NCBI GenBank assembly: GCA_964016885.1
Contig: OZ024743.1
Coordinates: 130,758,001 to 130,822,000 of the forward strand
Direction of reading: 5' to 3'
Origin: Eledone cirrhosa
Lineage: Eukaryota
Length of the DNA stretch: 64,000 bases
The notes beneath the pieces are model-generated. The model did no database searches and was not told the origin of the DNA. It worked only from the letters and a program-made list of their open reading frames with translations. This document shows, piece after piece, positions 24,701 through 36,000 of the stretch. Each line of letters begins with the position of its first letter. Position 1 is the first letter of the stretch. The position numbers and the translations under genes are program-made.

Positions 24701-26959
24701 GTGTTTCGTGCTTGGTGCTTGGTGCTTGGTGTTTGGTGTTTGGTGCTTGGTGTTTGGTGTTTGGTGCTTGGTACTTGGTGCTTGGTGCTTGGTGCTTGGT
24801 GTTTGGTGCTTGGTGTTTGATGCTGCGTGCTTGGTGTTTGGTGTTTGGTGCTTGGTGCTTGGTGTTTGGTGTTTGGAGCTTGGTGCCTGGTGCTTGTTGT
24901 TTGGTGTTTGGCGCTTGGTGCTTGGTGTTTGGTGTTTGGTGCTTGATGTTTGGTGTTTGGTGCTTGGTGCTTGGTGCTTGGTATCTGGTGTTTGGTGCTT
25001 GATGTTTGGTGTTTGGTGCTTGGTGTTTGGTGTTTGGTGCTTGGTGCTTGGTGTTTGGTGACTGGTGTTTGGTGTTTGGTGTTTGATGCTTGGTGTTTGC
25101 TGCTTGGTGCTTGGTGCTTTGTGTTTTGTGTTTGGTGCTTGGTGCTTGGTGCCTGGTGCTTGGTGCTTGGTGCTTGTTGTCAGGTGCTTGGTGCTTGGTG
25201 ATTAGTGTTTGGTGCTTGGTGCTTGCGGTATGGTGTTAGGTGCTTGGGGTTTGGTGTTTGGTGCTTGGTGCTTGGTGTTTGGTGCTTGGTGCTTGGTGCT
25301 TGGTGCTTGGTGTTTGGTGCTTGGTGCTTGGTGTTTGGTGTTTGGTGCTTGGTGTTTGGTGTTTGGCGTTTGCTGTTTGCTGTTTGCTGTTTGGTGTTTG
25401 CTGTTTGGTGTTTGCTGTTTGGTGTTTGGTGTTTGGTGCTTGCTGTTTGGTGCTTGGTGCTTGGTGTTTGGTGTTTGGTGCTTGGTGCTTGGTGCTGGGT
25501 GTTTGGTGCTTGGTGCTTGGTGTTTGGTGCTTGGTGCTTGGTGCTTGGTGCTTGTTGTCAGGTGCTTGGTGCTTGGTGATTAGTGTTTGCTGTTTGGTGT
25601 TTGCTGTTTGGTGTTTGCTGTTTGGTGTTTGGTGTTTGGTGCTTGGTGCTTGGTCTTTGGTGCTTGGGTTTTGGTGTTTGGAGCTTGGTGCTTGGTGTTT
25701 GGTGCTTGGTTCTTGGTGCTTGGTGCTTGGTGTTTGGTGATTGCTGCTTGGTGCTTGGTGTTTGGTGCTTCGTGCTTGGTGATTAGTGTTTGGTGATTGG
25801 TGCTTGGAGTTTGCTGTTTGGTGCTTGGTGTTTGGTGCTTGGTGCTTGCTGTTTGGTGTTTGGTGTTTGGTTCCTGGTGCTTGGTTTTTGGTGTTTGGTG
25901 TTTGGTGCTTGGTGCTTGGTGCTTGGTGTTTGGTGCTTGGTGCTTGGTACTTGCTCTTTGGTGCTGCGTGCTTGGTGTTTGGTGTTTGGTGCTTGGTGCC
26001 TGGTGCTTGTTGTTTGGTGTTTGGTGCTTAGTGCTTGGTGTTTGGAGTTTGGTGCTGGGTGCTTGGTGCCTGGTGTTTCGTGCTTGGTGCTTGGTGCTTG
26101 GTGTTTGGTGTTTGGTGCTTGGTGTTTGGTGTTTGGTACTTGGTGCTTGGTGCTTGGTGCTTGGTGTTTGGTGCTTGGTGTTTGATGCTGCGTGCTTGGT
26201 GTTTGGTGTTTGGTGCTTGGTGCTTGGTGTTTGGTGTTTGGAGCTTGGTGCCTGCTGCTTGTTGTTTGGTGTTTGGTGCTTGCTGCTTGGTGTTTGGTGT
26301 TTGGTGCTTGGTGCTTGGTGCTTGGTATCTGGTGTTTGGTGCTTGATGTTTGGTGTTTGGTGCTTGGTGCTTGGTGTTTGGTGTTTGGTGCTTGGTGCTT
26401 GGTGTTTGGTGCTTGGTGTTTGGTGTTTGGTGTTTGATGCTTGGTGTTTGCTGCTTGGTGCTTGGTGCTTGGTGTTTTGTGTTTGGTGCTTGGTGCTTGG
26501 TGCCTGGTGCTTGGTGCTTGGTGCTTGATGTTTGGTGCTTGGTGCTTGGTGATTAGTGTTTGGTGCTTGGTGCTTGGTGTTTGGTGCTTGGTGCTTGGGG
26601 CTTGGTATTTGGTGCTTGGTGCTTAGTGCCTGGTGTTTGGTGCTTGGTCTTTGGTGCTTGGTGCTTGGTGCTGGGTGGTTGGTGTTTGGTGCTTGGTGCT
26701 TGGTGTTTGGTGCTTGGTGCTTGGTGCTTGTTGTTTGGTGCTTGGTGCTTGGTGCTTGGTCTTTGGTGCATGGTGTTTGGTGTTTGGTGCTTTGTGCTTG
26801 GTGCTTGGTGTTTGGTGCTTGGTGCTTGGTGCTTGGTGTTTGGTGCTTGGTGCTTGGTGATTAGTGTTTGTTGCTTGGTGCTTGGGGTTTGGTGGTTGGT
26901 GCTTGGTGCTTGGTGTTTGGTGTTTTGTGTTTGGTGTTTGCTGTTTGCTGTTTGGTGTC
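18800..26959 (+). repeat. Near-perfect 4081-bp (583-monomer) tandem duplication (about 18800-22878 and 22880-26959)
   Basis: Constant offset of 4081 for landmarks 18930/23011, 20274/24355, 21114/25195, 22465/26546 and 22773/26854. Private variants CAGGTGC, TTAGTTT-TTGGGGC and TTGCGGT-ATGGTGT are shared. A few SNPs distinguish the copies (19495 T vs 23576 G; 19802 A vs 23883 T; 19961 C vs 24042 G). Confidence 0.93.
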
Positions 26960-27099
26960 TGCTTTTTGGTGTTTGGTGTTTGCTGTATGGTGTTTGCTGT
27001 TTCGTATTTGGTTTTTGCTGTTTGGTGTTTGGTGTTTGCTGTTTGGTGTTTGGTGTTTGGTGTTTGGTGCTTGGTGCTTGGTGCTTGGTGTTTGGTGCT

Positions 27100-30000
27100 T
27101 GGTGCTTGGTGTTTGGTGTTTGGTGCCTGGTGCTTGTTGTATGGTGTTTGGTGCTTGGTGCTTGGTGTTTGCTGTTTGCTGCTTGGTGTCTGGTGTTTGG
27201 TGCTTGGTGTTTGGTGTTTGGTGCTTGGTGATTAGTGTTTGGTGATTGGTGCTTGGGGTTTGGTGTTTGGGGCTTGGTGTTTGGTGCTTGGTGCTTGCTG
27301 TTTGGTGTTTGGTGTTTGGTGCTTGGTGTTTGGTGTTTGGTGTTTGGTGCTTGGTGCTTGGTGCTTGGTGTTTGGTGCTTGGTGCTTGGTGCTTGGTGTT
27401 TGGTGCTGCGTGCTTGGTGTTTCGTGTTTGGTGCTTGGTGCCTGGTGCTTGTTGTTTGGTGTTTGGTGCTTAGTGCTTGGTGTTTGGTGTTTGGTCCTTG
27501 GTGCTTGGTGGCTGGTGTTTGGTGCTTGGTGTTTGGAGTTTGGTGCTTGGTGCTTGGTGCCTGGTGTTTCGTGCTTGGTGCTTGGTGTTTGGTGTTTGGT
27601 GCTTGGTACTTGGTGCTTGGTGCTTGGTGCTTGGTGTTTGGTGCTTGGTGTTTGATGCTGCGTGCTTGGTGTTTGGTGTTTGGTGCTTGGTGCTTGGTGT
27701 TTGGTGTTTGGTGCTTGATGTTTGGTGTTTGGTGCTTGGTGCTTGGTGCTTGGTATCTGGTGTTTGGTGATTGATGTTTGGTGTTTGGTGCTTGGTGTTT
27801 GGTGTTTGGTGCTTGGTGCTTGGTGTTTGGTGCTTGGTGTTTGGTGTTTGGTGTTTGATGCTTGGTGTTTGCTGCTTGGTGCTTGGTGCTTTGTGTTTTG
27901 TGTTTGGTGCTTGGTGCTTGGTGCCTGGTGCTTGGTGCTTGGTGCTTGTTGTTTGGTGCTTGGTGCTTGGTGATTAGTGTTTGGTGCTTGGTGCTTGCGG
28001 TTTGGTGTTTGGTGCTTGGGGTTTGGTGTTTGGTGCTTGGTGCTTGGTGTTTGGTGCTTGGTGCTTGGTGCTTGGTGTTTGGTGCTTGGTGCTTGGTGTT
28101 TGGTTCTTGGTGCTTGGTGTTTGGTGTTTGGCGTTTGCTGTTTGCTGTTTGGTGTTTGGTGTTTGCTGTTTGGTGTTTGCTGTTTGGTGTTTGGTGTTTG
28201 GTGCTTGCTGTTTGGTGCTTGGTGCTTGGTGTTTGGTGTTTGGTGCTTGGTGCTCTGTGCTGGGTGTTTGGTGCTTGGTGCTTGGTGTTTGGTGCTTGGT
28301 GCTTGGTGCTTGGTGTTTGGTCCTTGGTGCTTGGTGCTTGGTCTTTGGTGCTTGGGTTTTGGTGTTTGGTGCTTGGTGCTTGGTGTTTGGTGCTTGGTTC
28401 TTGGTGCTTGGTGCTTGGTGTTTGGTGATTGCTGCTTGGTGCTTGGTGTTTGGTGCTTGGTGCTTGGTGATTAGTGTTTGGTGATTGGTGCTTGGGGTTT
28501 GCTGTTTGGTGCTTGGTGTTTGGTGCTTGGTGCTTGCTGTTTGGTGTTTGGTGTTTGGTTCCTGGTGCTTGGTTTTTGGTGTTTGGTGTTTGGTCCTTGG
28601 TGCTTGGTGCTTGGTGTTTGGTGCTTGGTGCTTGGTGCTTGCTGTTTGGTGCTGCGTGCTTGGTGTTTGGTGTTTGGTGCTTGGTGCCTGGTGCTTGTTT
28701 GGTGTTTGGTGCTTGGTGCTTGGTGGCTGGTGCTTGTTGCTTGGTGTTTGGAGTTTGGTGCTTGGTGCTTGGTGCCTGGTGTTTTGTGCTTGGTGCTTGG
28801 TGCTTGGTGTCTGGTGTTTGGTGCTTGGTGTTTGGTGTTTGGTAGTTGGTGCTTGGTGCTTGGTGCTTGGTGTTTGGTGCTTGGTGTTTGATGCTGCGTG
28901 CTTGGTCTTTGGATGTTTGGTGCTTGGTGCTTGGTGTTTGGTGTTTGGCGCTTGGTGCCTCCTGCTTGTTGTTTGGTGTTTGGTGCTTGCTGCTTGGTGT
29001 TTGGTGTTTGGTGCTTGGTGCTTGGTGCTTGGTATCTGGTGTTTGGTGCTTGATGTTTGGTGTTTGGTGCTTGGTGCTTGGTGTTTGGTGTTTGGTGCTT
29101 GGTGCTTGGTGTTTGGTGCTTGGTGTTTGGTGTTTGGTGTTTGATGCTTGGTGTTTGCTGCTTGGTGCTTGGTGCTTGGTGTTTTGTGTTTGGTGCTTGG
29201 TGCTTGGTGCCTGGTGCTTGGTGCTTGGTGCTTGATGTTTGGTGCTTGGTGCTTGGTGATTAGTGTTTGGTGCTTGGTGCTTGCGGTTTGATGTTTGGTG
29301 CTTGGAGTTTGGTGTTTGGTGCTTGGTGCTTGGTGTTTGGTGCTTGGTGCTTGGTGCTTGGTGTTTGGTGCTTGGTGCTTGGAGTTTGGTGCTTGGTGCT
29401 TGGTGTTTGGTGTTTGGTGTTTGGTTCTTGGTGCTTGGTGTTTGGTGTTTGGCGTTTGGTGCTTGGTGCTTGGTGCTTGGTGTTTGGGGCTTGGTGTTCG
29501 GTGCTTGGAGCTTGGTGCTTGGGGCTTGGTGTTTGGTGTTTGGTGATTGGTGCTTGTTGTTTGATGTTGGGTCCTTGGTGCTTGGTGTTTGGTGTTTGGT
29601 GCTTGGTGTTTGGTGTTTGGTGCTTGGTGCTTGGTGTTTGGTGTTTGGTGCTTGGTGCTTGGGGCATGGTGTTTGGTGCTTGGTGCTTGGTGTTTCGTGC
29701 TTGGTGCTTGGGGCTTGGTATTTGGTGCTTGGTGCTTGGTGCCTGGCGTTTGGTGTTTGGTGTTTGGTGCTTGGTCTTTGGTGCTTGGTGCTTGGTGCTG
29801 GGTGGTTGGTGTTTGGTGCTTGGTGTTTGGTGTTTGGTGCTTGGTGCTTGGTGCTTGTTGTTTGGTGCTTGGTGCTTGGTGCATGGTCTTTGGTGCATGG
29901 TGTTTGGTGTTTGGTGCTTTGTGCTTGGTGCTTGGTGTTTGGTGCTTGGTTCTTGGTGCTTGGTGTTTGGTGCTTCGTGCTTGGTGATTAGTGTTTGTTG

Positions 30001-33000
30001 CTTGGTGCTTGGGGTTTGGTGGTTGGTGCTTGGTGCTTGGTGTTTGGTGTTTGGTGTTTCGTGTTTGCTGTTTGCTGTTTGGTGTCTGCTTTTTGGTGTT
30101 TGCTGTTTGCTGTATGGTGTTTGCTGTTTCGTATTTGGTTTTTGCTGTTTGGTGTTTGGGGTTTGCTGTTTGGTGTTTGGTGTTTGGTGTTTGGTGCTTG
30201 GTGCTTGGTGCTTGGTGTTTGGTGCTTGGTGCTTGGTGTTTGGTGTTTGGTGCTTGGTGCCTGGTGCTTGTTGTATGGCGTTTGGTGCTTGGTGCTTGGT
30301 GTTTGCTGTTTGCTGCTTGGTGTCTGGTGTTTGGTGCTTGGTGTTTGGTGTTTGGTGCTTGGTGCTTGGTGCTTGGTGTTTGGTGTTTGCTGCTTGGTGC
30401 TTGGTGTTTGGTGTTTGGTGCTGGGTGCATGGAGTTTGGTGCTTGGTGCTTAGTGCTTGGTGTTTGGTGTTTGGTGCTTGGTAATTGGTGTTTGGTGTTT
30501 GATGCTTGGTGTGTGGTGCTTGGTGCTTGGTGTTTTGTGTTTAGTGCATGGTGGTTGGTGCCTGGTGCTTGGTGCTTGGTGCTTGTTGTTTGGTGCTTGG
30601 TGCATGGTGATTAGTGTTTGGTGCTTGGTGCTTGGGGTTTGCTATTTGGTGCTTGGTGCTTGGTGTTTGGTGCTTGGTGCTTGGTGCTTGGTGTTTGGGT
30701 TTTGGTGCTTGGTGCTTGGTCTTTGGTGTTTGTTGCTTGGTGTTTGGTGCTTGGTGCTTGGTGCTGGGTGCTTGGTGTTTGGTGCTCGGTGCTTGGTGCT
30801 TGGTGCTTGGTGCTTGGTGTTTGGTGTTTGGTGCTTGGTGTTTGGTGTTTGGTGTTTGATGCTTGGTGTTTGATGCTTGTTGCTTGGTGCTTGGTGTTTT
30901 GTGTTTGGTGTTTGGTGCTTGGTGTATGTACTTGGTGTTTGGGGCTTGGTGCTTGGTGCATGGTGCTTGGTGTTTGGTGCTTGGTGCCTGGTGCTTGGTG
31001 TTTGGTGCTTGGTGCTTGGTGCTTGGTGTTTGGTGCTTGGTGTTTGGTGCTTGGTGCTTGGTGTTTGGTGCTTGGTGTTTGGTGCTTGGTGTTCGGTGCT
31101 TGGTTCTTGGTGCTTGGTGCTTGGTGTTAGGTGTTTGGTGCTTGGTGCTTCGTGTTTGGTGCTTGGTGCTTGGTGCTTGGTGTTTGGTGTACGGTGTTTG
31201 GTGCTTGGTGTTTGGTGCTTGGTGCTTGGTGCTGGGTGGTTGGTGTTTGGTGTTTGGTGCTGGGTGCTTGGTGCTTATTGTTTGGTGCTTGGTGCTTGGT
31301 GCTTGGTGCTTGGTCTTTGGTGTTTGGTGCTTGCTGCTTGCTGCTTGGTGTTTGGTGCTTGGTGATTGGTGCTTGGTGTTTTGTGCTTGGTGCTTGGTGT
31401 TTGGTGTTTGGTGCTAGGGGCTTGGTGCTTGGTGTTTGGTGTTTGGTGCCTGGTGCTTGTTGTATGGTGTTTGGTGCTTGGTGCTTGGTGTTTGCTGTTT
31501 GCTGCTTGGTGTCTGGTGTTTGGTGCTTGGTGTTTGGTGTTTGGTGCTTGGTGATTAGTGTTTGGTGATTGGTGCTTGGGGTTTGGTGTTTGGGGCTTGG
31601 TGTTTGGTGCTTGGTGCTTGCTGTTTGGTGTTTGGTGTTTGGTGCTTGGTGTTTGGTGTTTGGTGTTTGGTGCTTGGTGCTTGGTGCTTGGTGTTTGGTG
31701 CTTGGTGCTTGGTGCTTGGTGTTTGGTGCTGCGTGCTTGGTGTTTCGTGTTTGGTGCTTGGTGCCTGGTGCTTGTTGTTTGGTGTTTGGTGCTTAGTGCT
31801 TGGTGTTTGGTGTTTGGTCCTTGGTGCTTGGTGGCTGGTGTTTGGTGCTTGGTGTTTGGAGTTTGGTGCTTGGTGCTTGGTGCCTGGTGTTTCGTGCTTG
31901 GTGCTTGGTGCTTGGTGCTTGGTGTTTGGTGTTTGGTGCTTGGTGTTTGGTGTTTGGTGCTTGGTACTTGGTGCTTGGTGCTTGGTGCTTGGTGTTTGGT
32001 GCTTGGTGTTTGATGCTGCGTGCTTGGTGTTTGGTGTTTGGTGCTTGGTGCTTGGTGTTTGGTGTTTGGTGCTTGATGTTTGGTGTTTGGTGCTTGGTGC
32101 TTGGTGCTTGGTATCTGGTGTTTGGTGCTTGATGTTTGGTGTTTGATGCTTGGTGTTTGGTGTTTGGTGCTTGGTGCTTGGTGTTTGGTGCTTGGTGTTT
32201 GGTGTTTGGTGTTTGATGCTTGGTGTTTGCTGCTTGGTGCTTGGTGCTTTGTGTTTTGTGTTTGGTGCTTGGTGCTTGGTGCCTGGTGCTTGGTGCTTGG
32301 TGCTTGTTGTTTGGTGCTTGGTGCTTGGTGATTAGTGTTTGGTGCTTGGTGCTTGCGGTTTGGTGTTTGGTGCTTGGGGTTTGGTGTTTGGTGCTTGGTG
32401 CTTGGTGTTTGGTGCTTGGTGCTTGGTGCTTGGTGTTTGGTGCTTGGTGCTTGGTGTTTGGTGCTTGGTGCTTGGTGTTTGGTGTTTGGCGTTTGCTGTT
32501 TGCTGTTTGGTGTTTGGTGTTTGCTGTTTGGTGTTTGCTGTTTGGTGTTTGGTGTTTGGTTCCTGGTGCTTGGTTTTTGGTGTTTGGTGTTTGGTGCTTG
32601 GTGCTTGGTGCTTGGTGTTTGGTGCTTGGTGCTTGGTGCTTGCTGTTTGGTGCTGCATGCTTGGTGTTTGGTGTTTGGTGCTTGGTGCCTGGTGCTTGTT
32701 GTTTGGTGTTTGGTGCTTGGTGCTTGGTGGCTGGTGCTTGTTGCTTGGTGTTTGGAGTTTGGTGCTTGGTGCTTGGTGCCTGGTGTTTTGTGCTTGGTGC
32801 TTGGTGCTTGGTGTTTGGTGTTTGGTGCTTGGTGTTTGGTGTTTGGTACTTGGTGCTTGGTGCTTGGTGCTTGGTGTTTGGTGCTTGGTGTTTGATGCTG
32901 CGTGCTTGGTGTTTGGTGTTTGGTGCTTGGTGCTTGGTGTTTGGTGTTTGGAGCTTGGTGCCTGCTGCTTGTTGTTTGGTGTTTGGTGCTTGCTGCTTGG

Positions 33001-36000
33001 TGTTTGGTGTTTGGTGCTTGGTGCTTGGTGTTTGGTGTTTGGTGCTTGGTGCTTGGTGTTTGGTGCTTGGTGTTTGGTGTTTGGTGTTTGATGCTTGGGG
33101 TTTGCTGCTTGGTGCTTGGTGCTTGGTTTTTTGTGTTTGGTGCTTGGTGCTTGGTGCCTGGTGCTTGGTGCTTGGTGCTTGATGTTTGGTGCTTGGTGCT
33201 TGGTGATTAGTGTTTGGTGCTTGGTGCTTGCGGTTTGATGTTTGGTGCTTGGAGTTTGGTGTTTGGTGCTTGGTGCTTGGTGTTTGGTGCTTGGTGCTTG
33301 GTGCTTGGTGTTTGGTGCTTGGTGCTTGGAGTTTGGTTCTTGGTGCTTGGTGTTTGGTGTTTGGTGTTTGGTTCTTGGTGCTTGGTGTTTGGTGTCTGGT
33401 GTTTGGTGCTTGGTGCTTGGTGCTTGGTGTTTGGGGCTTGGTGTTCGGTGCCTGGAGCTTGGTGCTTGGGGCTTGGTGTTTGGTGTTTGGTGCTTGGTGC
33501 TTGTTGTTTGATGTTGGGTCCTTGGTGCTTGGTGTTTGGTGTTTGGTGCTTGGTGTTTGGTGTTTGGTGCTTGGTGCTTGGTGTTTGGTGTTTGGTGCTT
33601 GGTGCTTGGGGCTTGGTGTTTGGTGCTTGGTGCTTGGTGTTTCGTGCTTGGTGCTTGGGGCTTGGTATTTGGTGCTTGGTGCTTGGTGCCTGGTGTTTGG
33701 TGTTTGGTGTTTGGTGCTTGGTCTTTGGTGCTTGGTGCTTGGTGCTGGGTGGTTGGTGTTTGGTGCTTGGTGCTTGGTGTTTGGTGCTTGGTGCTTGGTG
33801 CTTGTTGTTTGGTGCTTGGTGCTTGGTGCTTGGTCTTTGGTGCATGGTGTTTGGTGTTTGGTGCTTTGTGCTTGGTGCTTGGTGTTTGGTGCTTGGTGCT
33901 TGGTGCTTGGTGTTTGGTGCTTGGTGCTTGGTGATTAGTGTTTGTTGCTTGGTGCTTGGGATTTGGTGGTTGGTGCTTGGTGCTTGGTGTTTGGTGTTTG
34001 GTGTTTGGTGTTTGCTGTTTGCTGTTTGGTGTCTGCTTTTTGGTGTTTGGTGTTTGCTGTATGGTGTTTGCTGTTTCGTATTTGGTTTTTGCTGTTTGGT
34101 GTTTGGTGTTTGCTCTTTGGTGTTTGGTGTTTGGTGTTTGGTGCTTGGTGCTTGGTGCTTGGTGTTTGGTGCTTGGTGCTTGGTGTTTGGTGTTTGGTGC
34201 TTGGTGCCTGGTGCTTGTTGTATGGCGTTTGGTGCTTGGTGCTTGGTGTTTGCTGTTTGCTGCTTGGTGTCTGGTGTTTGGTGCTTGGTGTTTGGTGTTT
34301 GGTGCTTGGTGCTTGGTGCTTGGTGTTTGGTGTTTGGTGCTTGGTGCTTGGTGTTTGGTGTTTGGTGCTGGGTGCATGGAGTTTGGTGCTTGGTGCTTAG
34401 TGCTTGGTGTTTGGTGTTTGGTGCTTGGTAATTGGTGTTTGGTGTTTGATGGTTGGTGTGTGGTGCTTGGTGCTTGGTGTTTTGTGTTTGGTGCATGGTG
34501 GTTGGTGCCTGGTGCTTGGTGCTTGGTGCTTGTTGTTTGGTGCTTGGTGCTTGGTGATTAGTGTTTGGTGCTTGGTGCTTGGGGTTTGCTATTTGGTGCT
34601 TGGTGCTTGGTGTTTGGTGCTTGGTGCTTGGTGCTTGGTGTTTGGGTTTTGGTGCTTGGTGCTTGGTCTTTGGTGTTTGTTGCTTGGTGTTTGGTGCTTG
34701 GTGTTTGGTGCTGGGTGCTTGGTGTTTGGTGCTCGGTGCTTGGTGCTTGGTGCTTGGTGTTTGGTGTTTGGTGTTTGGTGCTTGGTGTTTGGTGTTTGGT
34801 GTTTGATGCTTGGTGTTTGATGCTTGTTGCTTGGTGCTTGGTGTTTTGTGTTTGGTGTTTGGTGCTTGGTGTATGTACTTGGTGTTTGGGGCTTGGTGCT
34901 TGGTGCATGGTGCTTGGTGTTTGGTGCTTGGTGCCTGGTGCTTGGTGTTTGGTGCTTGGTGCTTGGTGCTTGGTGTTTGGTGCTTGGTGTTTGGTGCTTG
35001 GTGCTTGGTGTTTGGTGCTTGGTGTTTGGTGCTTGGTGTTCGGTGCTTGGTTCTTGGTGCTTGGTGCTTGGTGTTAGGTGTTTGGTGCTTGGTGCTTGGT
35101 GTTTGGTGCTTGGTGCTTGGTGCTTGGTGTTTGGTGTACGGTGTTTGGTGCTTGGTGTTTGGTGCTTGGTGCTTGGTGCTGGGTGGTTGGTGTTTGGTGT
35201 TTGGTGCTGGGTGCTTGGTGCTTATTGTTTGGTGCTTGGTGCTTGGTGCTTGGTGCTTGGTCTTTGGTGCTTGGTGTTTGGTGTTTGGTGCTTGGTGCTT
35301 GGTGTTTGGTGTTTGGTGATTGCTGCTTGCTGCTTGGTGTTTGGTGCTTGGTGATTGGTGCTTGGTGTTTTGTGCTTGGTGCTTGGTGTTTGGTGTTTGG
35401 TGCTAGGGGCTTGGTGCTTGGTGCTTGGTGTTTGGTGCTTGGTGCGTGGGACTTAGTGTTTGGTGTTTGGTGCTTGGTGTTTGGTGCTTGGTGTTTGGTG
35501 CTTGGTGTTTGGGGCTTGGTGTTCGGTGCTTGGTGCTTGGTGCTTGGGGCTTGGTGTTTGGTGTTTGGTGCTTGGTGCTTGGTGTTTGATGTTGGGTCCT
35601 TGGTGCTTGGTGTTTGGTGTTTGGTGCTTGGTGTTTGGTGTTTGGTGCTTTGTGCTTGGTGTTTGGTGTTTGGTGCTTGGTGCTTGGGGCTTGGTGTTTG
35701 GTGCTTGGTGCTTGGTGTTTGGTGCTTGGTGCTTGGGGCTTGGTATTTGGTGCTTGGTGCTTGGTGCCTGGTGTTTGGTGTTTGGTGTTTGGTGCTTGGT
35801 GTTTGGTGCTTGGTGCTTGGTGCTGGGTGGTTGGTGTTTGGTGCTTGGTGCTTGGTGTTTGGTGCTTGGTGCTTGGTGCTTGTTGTTTGGTGCTTGGTGC
35901 TTGGTGCTTGGTCTTTGGTGCATGGTGTTTGGTGTTTGGTGCTTGGTGCTTCGTGCTTGGTGTTTGGTGCTTGGTGCTTGGTGCTTGGTGGTTGGTGCTT

